Of a stretch of DNA of 64,000 bases, positions 56,177 to 64,000 are shown one piece after another; the first letter of the stretch is position 1; every line of letters begins with the position of its first letter. The stretch is from Dictyostelium discoideum (taxonomy: Eukaryota): positions 5,856,001 through 5,920,000 of the forward strand of contig CM000151.3 of the NCBI GenBank assembly GCA_000004695.1, given 5' to 3'. The notes under the pieces are model-generated. The model was not told the origin of the DNA, did no database searches, and saw only the letters and a list, made by a program, of their open reading frames with translations. A program made the position numbers and the translations under genes.

Positions 56177-56372
56177 GATGATGTTGCTTCCAACTATTAA
56201 TTAATGGTGAATTGTTTTGAATATTATCATTAATATTACTATTGTTATCGTTATTTCTACCTTGAAAATTAATATTGTTGCTAAAATTAATACTATTAGT
56301 TTTTAGAGTTGTGTTGTTGTTGTTATTGTTAATATTTAAATCGCTATGGTTATTAGATGAATGATATGTCAT
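53271..56372 (-). CDS. Low-complexity Gln/Asn-rich protein (1033-aa ORF) with a central Lys/Glu-rich charged region
   Basis: One long ORF with (CAA)n-encoded poly-Q, poly-H and poly-N runs, a KEKEKEKQEKEKEK block, and a less repetitive region ..FFERKNSIQNGLFSFNDPLRKNSNPFFSERKISIFERRNSTF.. The antisense poly-V/poly-L ORFs are artefacts. No domain was recognised. Confidence 0.5.
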
Positions 56373-56715
56373 TAAAATTTAAACATATGCCTATGTATGT
56401 GGTGGATTTTTGATAGATAAAACGAGTTTTGTTTTTATCTTTATTGTACATAATTGTTTTCATACATGGGAACAATGAATAGAATTTGGACAAATAGGTT
56501 TATATGTAATACAATATATTTTTTTTTTATTTAAAAAAATTTTTAAAATTTTAAGGAATATATTAAAAACACAAAAAATTAAAAAAAAAAATAAAAAAAT
56601 AAAAAAAGAGGATGGTATATGTGAACGTTTGGACTACAAAAAAAAAAAATAAAAAAAAAATTAAAAAAAAATATTTTTGGGTTTTTTTTTTTAAAAAAAA
56701 AAAAAAAATAAATAA

Positions 56716-56746
<31 letters not shown>

Positions 56747-56836
56747 TTTAAATTAATTTAATAAAAAAAAAAATTAATAAATAGATTTTTTTATTTTTTT
56801 TTTATATTTTTTTTATTTTTTTTTTATTGTGGGGGT

Positions 56837-56872
<36 letters not shown>

Positions 56873-56948
56873 AAAAAAGAAAAAAACAATTAAAGTTTAT
56901 TTCTTTTCCTGTTATTTATTATTTATTATTAGTATTATTAGTAGTAGT

Positions 56949-57038
<90 letters not shown>

Positions 57039-58705
57039 TTTTATTATTATTTTCTTATAAAATATGTTTTGGATTGTAATTTATTTATATTAAAAGAGTA
57101 TAAAAAAAAAAAAAAAAAAAATTATACCACAATAAATTAAATTAAAAATGGTGGTGGGGTTTAATTGAAAAAAATTAATGAAATTATTAAGGAATTATTT
57201 TTTTATATTAAGAATTTAAACATTTAAAATACTAATAACGACATTATTAATTTTACAAAAACATAAAAGTAAAAAAAAAAAAACAAATCCAACATTGGAT
57301 AATCCTATTTTTTTTATTTTTTTATTTTTTTATTTTTTTTATTTTTTTTTGAAAATAAACTTACAATTATTGATAGATAGGTATTAAAATATAAAATTAT
57401 ATTCTATTATATTAATTAACCTTAAATAAAACAAAAAAAACAAAAAAAAAAAAATAAAAAAATAAAAAATAAAAAAAGAAATTTTAAAAAATGAAATAAA
57501 AAAAAAAATAAAAAATAAAAAATAAAAAATAAAAAATAAAAATAAAAAAAAGTGAATAATTAAATGAAAAAAATAAAAAAAAAAAGAAAATAAATAAAAA
57601 AAAGGGGAGGTGCTAATTGAATCATATGCAAAGTAATTAAATTAAATTAAATTATTGTTATTTTAAAAGGTTATTTTTTTTTTATATGTTTATGTGGGTG
57701 AGTGTGGGGTACTTTTATTTTATTTATTTATTTATTTTAATATTAAATTTTTTTTTTTTTTGATATTTAATTTCAAAAATAAAATTAAAGTGCATGCTAG
57801 TAGCGAGCCTTTGATATTGATTTTTTTTTTTTTTTTTTTTTTTTCTTTTTTTTTTTTTTTTTCCAAGATGGTAGTATGATCAATAATGATTATATTAATC
57901 AACTTGTGATATTTTGAGAGCGAGTGAGAACACGTGTGTGGTAGTGTGGGTGATTTTAATTTTATATGTGTGTGTTTGTTGAATAAAATGTCACACAAAA
58001 TATCTAAATATTATTTTTTTTTTTATTTTTTTTATTTTTATTTTTTTTTTTTATTTTATTTTTTATTTTTATTTTTATTATTATTATTATTTTTTTTATA
58101 TTAAATAAAAAAAAAACATTTCCAAATTGAATATACTCTCATCAAATTCATCTCTTGGTATTAAAAAAAAAAAAAAAAAAAACAATTGTTTTAATTATTT
58201 TATTAATATTTTCATTTACTATTTTTATTGTAACCAAAACAAAATATATCATTTTTAAAAAATCGATTTCTGTTTCATTTTTTGTATTATTTTATTTTAT
58301 TTTATTACTTTATTTTATATAAGGTTAGTTTTTTATTTTTTTTTATTTATTTTTATTTATTTTATTTTATTTTATTTTATTTTTTTTTAGTTTATATTAT
58401 TTTAATTATTTTGTTTAGTTGCAAATATTAAAAAAGGTGATATGAGTTTTATAAATTCTTTCTTAATTTAGTTAAAAAGTGATATTAAAACAAAAAAAAA
58501 AAAAAAAATTAAAAAATTATGGATTATAATAATTTTCTATTTAATGATTAAAAAAGACAGTTTGAAATATGAATTGAATTGTAAAAATGTTAATATTATT
58601 ATTATCTTTTTTTATAATTAATTTTTGGTACATTCAATCTTAAGAAAAAAAAAAAGAAATTTCTGTATTTTGGAAGTAATCTTTATAAACAATAATAAAG
58701 GGGAG

Positions 58706-58743
<38 letters not shown>

Positions 58744-59084
58744 TGTAAAGTGGATTACATATCACATATTAAATAAAAATATATTTTTTAGGACCTTTTA
58801 AAATCGGTGGTCTTTTTTTTTTTTTTAAATTTTTTTATTTTTTTTTTTTTTTTTTTAATTTTTTTTAGAAAAGTTGATTAGAGTTCTAATTAAAGTCCAA
58901 TTTAGATCTGAAAGAAAATTAAAAAAACCTAAATTTTTTTTTTTTTTATTCCTATATTTGTTTAAAAAAAAAAAAAAAGAAAAAAAAAAAACAATGATTG
59001 TTTTTATTTTTTATTTTTTTTGAAATTTTTTTATATTATTAGTTTTAAAAATAAAAAATTTTGGCCATGAAGGCAATTTATTCA

Positions 59085-59134
<50 letters not shown>

Positions 59135-59149
59135 TTTTTTTTTTAATTA

Positions 59150-59180
<31 letters not shown>

Positions 59181-59589
59181 GTTTATTTTTTATTTTTTTT
59201 TTTATTTTTTTTTTATTTTTTTTATTTTTGTGTGTCTGGTTTTACATTAAAAAATAAAGGATAGGTGCAAAAAATTTGAATTTGATTTGAAACTTTTAAA
59301 AATTCTTTCATTTACTTAATTAATTAAAAAAAAAAAAAAAAAAGAAAAAAAAAGTTTTTGAAATAAATAATTATAAATCACCTTTTGCGGTTATTTCTCC
59401 CAAATAAACTTTTTTTTTAATTTTTTTTTTTTATCTAATTTTTTTTAATTTTAAAAAAAAACCAAAAAAAAAAAAAAAAAAAAACCAAAAAAATAAAAAT
59501 TTTTATTTTAAAAAATAACATAGATAAAGAAAAAAAAGGACTGGAGAACTCAACTGTTCAATCGTAGTCAAAAAAAAACTATAGAACGT

Positions 59590-60335
59590 ATGAGAAAAGA
59601 AAGAAATAACCAAAGTGTTGAAATGGATAGCCACACCTTTAATAATAATAATAATAACAATAATAATAATAATATTAATAATAATAATAATATTAATAAT
59701 AATAATAATAATAATAACAATAATAATAATAATAATAATAGCATTAATAACTATGGGCATCAACATCTTAATTCTTCTTCATCATCACAAAGCTTTCAAG
59801 ATCAGCTTGTTCAAGATTTACAAAGTATTTTAATGGCTCAACAACACAATATAATATCTCCACAATTACAACAACAACAACAACAACAACAGCAACAACA
59901 ACCATCTTTTAATAGTAACAACAATAATAATAATAACACCAACACATATAATTTCCAACCAGAAGCAATTGAAAACAATAATATAGGTATTAATAGTAAT
60001 GGATATAATCCCATACAACAACAATTTCAACAACAGCATCAATTACAACAGCAAATACAACAACAACAAATTCAGTTTCAAAATCAAAACCAAAATCAAC
60101 AAACACATCAAAACCGACAATTACAACAGCAACAGCAACATCAAATACAACAATTACAATTACAACAACAATTACAACAACAATTACAACAACAACAACA
60201 ACACCAACAACAATTACAACAACAAATGCAACATCAACAAATGCAACAACAACAAATCCCACATCATCAACAAAACCAACAATTGCAACAACAACAACAA
60301 CAACAAGTTCCACATCAGCAACAAAACCAACTAAT

Positions 60336-60383
<48 letters not shown>

Positions 60384-60784
60384 CCAACAACACCAACAAC
60401 ACCAACAACACCAACAACAACACCAGCAACACCAACAACAACACCAGCAACACCAACAACAGCACCAACACCAACACCAACAGCAACACCAACAACAACA
60501 ACAACCACAAAACCAACAACAACAACAACCACAAAACCAACAAATGCAGCAGCAACAACAACAAAACCAACAAATGCAGCAGCAACAACAACAAAACCAA
60601 CAAATGCAACAACAAATGCAACAACAGCAACAACTACAACAACAACAACAAATACTACAACAACAACAACAAATACAACAACAACAACAACAACAACAAC
60701 AAATACTGCAACCACAACAACAACCACAACAACAACAACAACAACAACAACTATTACAACAACAACAACAGCAACAACTAATGC

Positions 60785-60876
<92 letters not shown>

Positions 60877-61541
60877 CCACAACAACAACAACAAATCCAA
60901 CAACAACAACCACAACAACAACCACAACAACAACAACAACCACAACAACAACAATCTCAACAACAACCACAACCACAACAACAACAGCAACAACAACAAC
61001 AGCAGCAACAACAGCAACAACAAATACAACAACAATATGTAGATGATAATGGAGATAATACATTGTTAATATTTATATCAAATATGTGTAGAAATGTAGA
61101 GATACCAGCATTCAGTGTCCAACCAGATCAATATTATCAATATTTTGTAGAGAAAATTGTTGTAATATGGTCAGATTTAATATCAAGTTCAGGATCGACA
61201 AAGATGACCCATGAAGAAACTCAACAACAAAAATCTTCTCTTTTTGAACAATGTAGAAGAATTATAGTAACATACCCTCACTTTTTTAATCAAATCATTA
61301 CAGAGCGATTCATTTTCGATTTAGAGGATTTAAATTCAAAAATATCCGATATCTTTAAACAATTTAATAATAATAACAACAACAACAACAATAATGCAAT
61401 AGAGAATAGTCCAATTATGGCAGAACAATATAAAAGATTTCAAACCGATTATATCATTAAATTTGATCAACTACAATGTTTTAAATTCCCAGATTATTCA
61501 CTATCTTCAATTATTTCAACTTTAAATCCATCACCACTTAG

Positions 61542-61623
<82 letters not shown>

Positions 61624-62053
61624 ATACAAATACAGAACCAAACCATACCCATACCTCCTTCTCCTCAACCTACACAACAATATCAACCTATTACTCAATT
61701 AGACCAACAACCACAACCTCAACCTCAACCACAGCTTCAACAACAATTACAGCAAACAATTTTAGATAATAATAATAATAACAATACTAATAATACTAAT
61801 AATACTAATACCATTAATAATAATTTAGACATAAGTAATGATATAATTAATAGTAGTAATAATATTGGCTTATGTTCTTCACCAATTAGTCTGGAAAATG
61901 AAAAAGGAAATAATAATAATAATAATAATAAAATTAATAATAATAATAATACTAGTAGTAGTAGTAGTATAACAATACCCATTAATAATACAACATCATC
62001 ACCTATTAATAAAAATATTAATGATGATATCAATAATAATAATAACAATAATA

Positions 62054-62114
<61 letters not shown>

Positions 62115-63186
62115 AAATACTAATAATGAAATCAAAAAAACAAACAACGATATTTCTACAAATTTGTCAATGCCTACAGTTGTCGATTTAAATAGTTCAA
62201 ATAATATAACATCTTCAACTTTTCTATTAAATCCAAATATTAACAACAACAACAACAACAATAGTAGTGGTGGTGGTGGTAGTAGCAGCAGTAGTAATAG
62301 TAATAGTAGTAGTCCAAATATACCAAACAAACCCAAAAAACCAGTTAAAAGTAATAGTAAAAAAGTTATAGATCTATTAGAAGATAATGATAGTGACAGT
62401 AGTGATAGTAGTGATAGTAGTGACAGCAGTGATAGTAGCGATAGTAGTGATAGTAGTGATAGTGACAGCAGTGATAGTAGTGATAGCAGTGATAGCAGTG
62501 ATGATGAAAAGAAAAAGAAACCAAAGAAACCAATTGTTAACAAAAAGAATCTTGTAAAAACAAATACATCAACTAATAGCAAAGATTCTAAACCAGCATC
62601 AACAGCAACATCAACAACAACAACAACAACAAACTCAAAACCCTCTATAACACAACCAACCTCAAAAATAAAACCTTCATCAACAATACCATCACAACCC
62701 ACTTCTATTACAACAAAGAAAAAACCAGAAAATTCAACAACATCATTGCCAGCATCTACATCATCATCATCACCATCAAATACAGTTATTAAATCATCAC
62801 CACCAATAAGCAAAACATTACCAACACCTACATCAACAACATCCCTTTCCTCATCATCCAGTGCAACAGTTAACAAACCAATACCACCAACAACAAAGAA
62901 ACCAATTTCAACAATAAATAATAATACTTTAAATAACAATACCAATAGTAGCATTAATAAAATAGCATCAAATTCTACATCGACTTTAGGTAATAAAAAT
63001 TTAGGAACACCTTCAAATTATAATAATAATAATAATAATATTGGAGCAGAGAAAAAGAAAGAAAAAGCACTCACTTTAACAGAATCTCAATTAACAAATG
63101 AAAAGGAATTACCCTCATTAACAGATTATATTGCACAATTAAATAAAATTAAGAAATCAAATACTACTAGCGGGGTCACCAACAGC

Positions 63187-63264
<78 letters not shown>

Positions 63265-63265
63265 G
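59590..63265 (+). CDS. Very Gln-rich nuclear-type protein (more than 1200 aa) with a conserved central block and an acidic (DSS)n run; the 3' end is uncertain, with a splice donor AAAG|GTAATTAC at 63265/63266
   Basis: MRKERNNQSVEMDSH.. is followed by about 400 residues of Q with H/P, then the non-repetitive ..LLIFISNMCRNVEIPAFSVQPDQYYQYFVEKIVVIWSDLISSSGSTKMTHEE..CRRIIVTYPHFFNQIITERFIFDLEDLNSKISDIFKQF.., then (DSS)n and a Ser/Thr-rich tail. Past 63265 the track ORF reads through poly(A)/poly(T) ([16 protein letters not shown]), which is not credible coding. Confidence 0.55.
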
Positions 63266-63325
63266 GTAATTACTTTAAATTAATTTTATTTTTGGAAATT
63301 TATTATTTCCAACTTTTAAACACAT

Positions 63326-63339
<14 letters not shown>

Positions 63340-63358
<19 letters not shown>

Positions 63359-63480
63359 ACCCAATCATAATCATAAATATATCTCACAGAATTAATTCTA
63401 TACACTCACACCCTTTCACACACCATCCGAATTTACCACACATCTATAGAAATAAACACACCCACACACATTGTTTTTTT
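63340..63480 (+). promoter_or_regulatory. C/A-rich element cluster (CAE-like) upstream of the ATG at 63642
   Basis: CCACCCAATCATAATCATAAATATATCTCACAGAATTAATTCTATACACTCACACCCTTTCACACACCATCCGAATTTACCACACATCTATAGAAATAAACACACCCACACACA sits in an otherwise poly(A)/poly(T) region. C/A-rich boxes are typical Dictyostelium promoter elements. Confidence 0.3.
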
Positions 63481-63566
63481 TTATTTTTTTTTTATTTTTT
63501 TTTTATTTTTTTTTTTTATTTATTATTTTGTTTTTTGTTCTTTTTCTTTTTTTTTTTTTTTTTTTT

Positions 63567-63598
<32 letters not shown>

Positions 63599-63641
63599 CT
63601 TTACAAATATTATTTTATTAATATTTCTTTTTACAAATTAT

Positions 63642-64000
63642 ATGAATACAATAGGAACAACAACATCAACTACTACAGTAATAAATGACCCAAATAAAAA
63701 GAAAATTTCATGGAAGGATGAAAAAGGTGGTTGTTCAGTTGTAGATAGAGTTCCAATGTTTATTCAAGAGTTTTCAGAATGTGTTACATGGCCAAGAATT
63801 AGAGAATTTTTAATTGTTATAGATTCCAAAATGAGTAATGCTTGTAAAAAAAGGTAATTAATTTTTTATTTATTTATCTATGTTTATTTTTTTTTTTTTT
63901 TTTATAAATTATAATTGCAAAACTTTTATTAACAATATTTATTTTATTTTATTTTATTTTTTGAAATAAAATTAAAATAGATTTTTAGAATTAGGAGGAT
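63642..64000 (+). CDS. 5' part of a gene running past the window end: exon 63642..63853 (donor GTAATT, phase 2), then exon 2 from about 63981
   Basis: MNTIGTTTSTTTVINDPNKKKISWKDEKGGCSVVDRVPMFIQEFSECVTWPRIREFLIVIDSKMSNACKK then R|FLELGG.. after the acceptor ..aaattaaaatag|ATTTTTAG. Alternatively these exons belong to the upstream Q-rich gene (see findings). Confidence 0.4.

Noticed and set aside
59990-62954. Long minus-strand poly-Val/poly-Leu ORFs (59990..61063, 60331..60633, 60778..61035, 61737..62954) opposite the Q-rich gene
   Set aside because: They are the antisense of (CAA)n, reading TTG=Leu and GTT=Val. They are pure homopolymer with no complexity.

Overview
This window is AT-rich eukaryotic nuclear DNA with the hallmarks of a dictyostelid social amoeba, Dictyostelium discoideum-like. 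Intergenic and intronic sequence is 80-90% A+T, introns are short and begin GTAAGT/GTAAAT, and coding regions carry long poly-Asn and poly-Gln tracts encoded by (AAT)n and (CAA)n. It is not prokaryotic: there are no operons and no CRISPR array. About 24 protein-coding genes sit on both strands, and most need splicing to be reconstructed from the ORF track. Gene models were built by hand, reading splice sites and remembered protein-family motifs; exon coordinates are approximate to within a few nucleotides. Genes whose products can be named: the NatA catalytic subunit Naa10 (3 exons); an Ncb5or-like cytochrome b5 domain protein; the LYR protein SDHAF3/ACN9; mitochondrial IF-2, extended upstream across an intron to a presequence exon; an Stn1/RPA32-like OB-fold protein; a P4-ATPase phospholipid flippase (4 exons); an FG-GAP-repeat type I membrane protein (5 exons); ribosomal protein L13a, with a 4-codon first exon and a ~580 bp intron; an IPT/TIG-repeat surface protein; an iodothyronine-deiodinase-like selenoprotein in which an in-frame TGA joins two track ORFs, with a candidate SECIS element in the 3' UTR; a Nop15/NIFK-like RRM protein; an ARM/HEAT-like membrane protein; a ponticulin-like small Cys-rich secreted protein; a ~1400-aa ankyrin-repeat poly-N protein; glyoxysomal malate synthase ending in the PTS1 tripeptide SKL; and a dsRBD protein. 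Several more are low-complexity Q/N-rich proteins. There is one tRNA-Gln(UUG) gene with a dictyostelid-type external B box downstream, and next to it a fragmented MBL-fold hydrolase pseudogene. A ~2 kb segment (25.1-27.1 kb) is tandemly duplicated, and the second copy (27.4-28.1 kb) is internally deleted and frameshifted. Many microsatellites are present, including (ATATT)n, (ATT)n, (AAT)n and (TAAAA)n. The most notable points are the selenocysteine recoding event, the degenerate tandem duplicate, the tRNA-associated pseudogene and exB box, and a few unusual non-AT islands.
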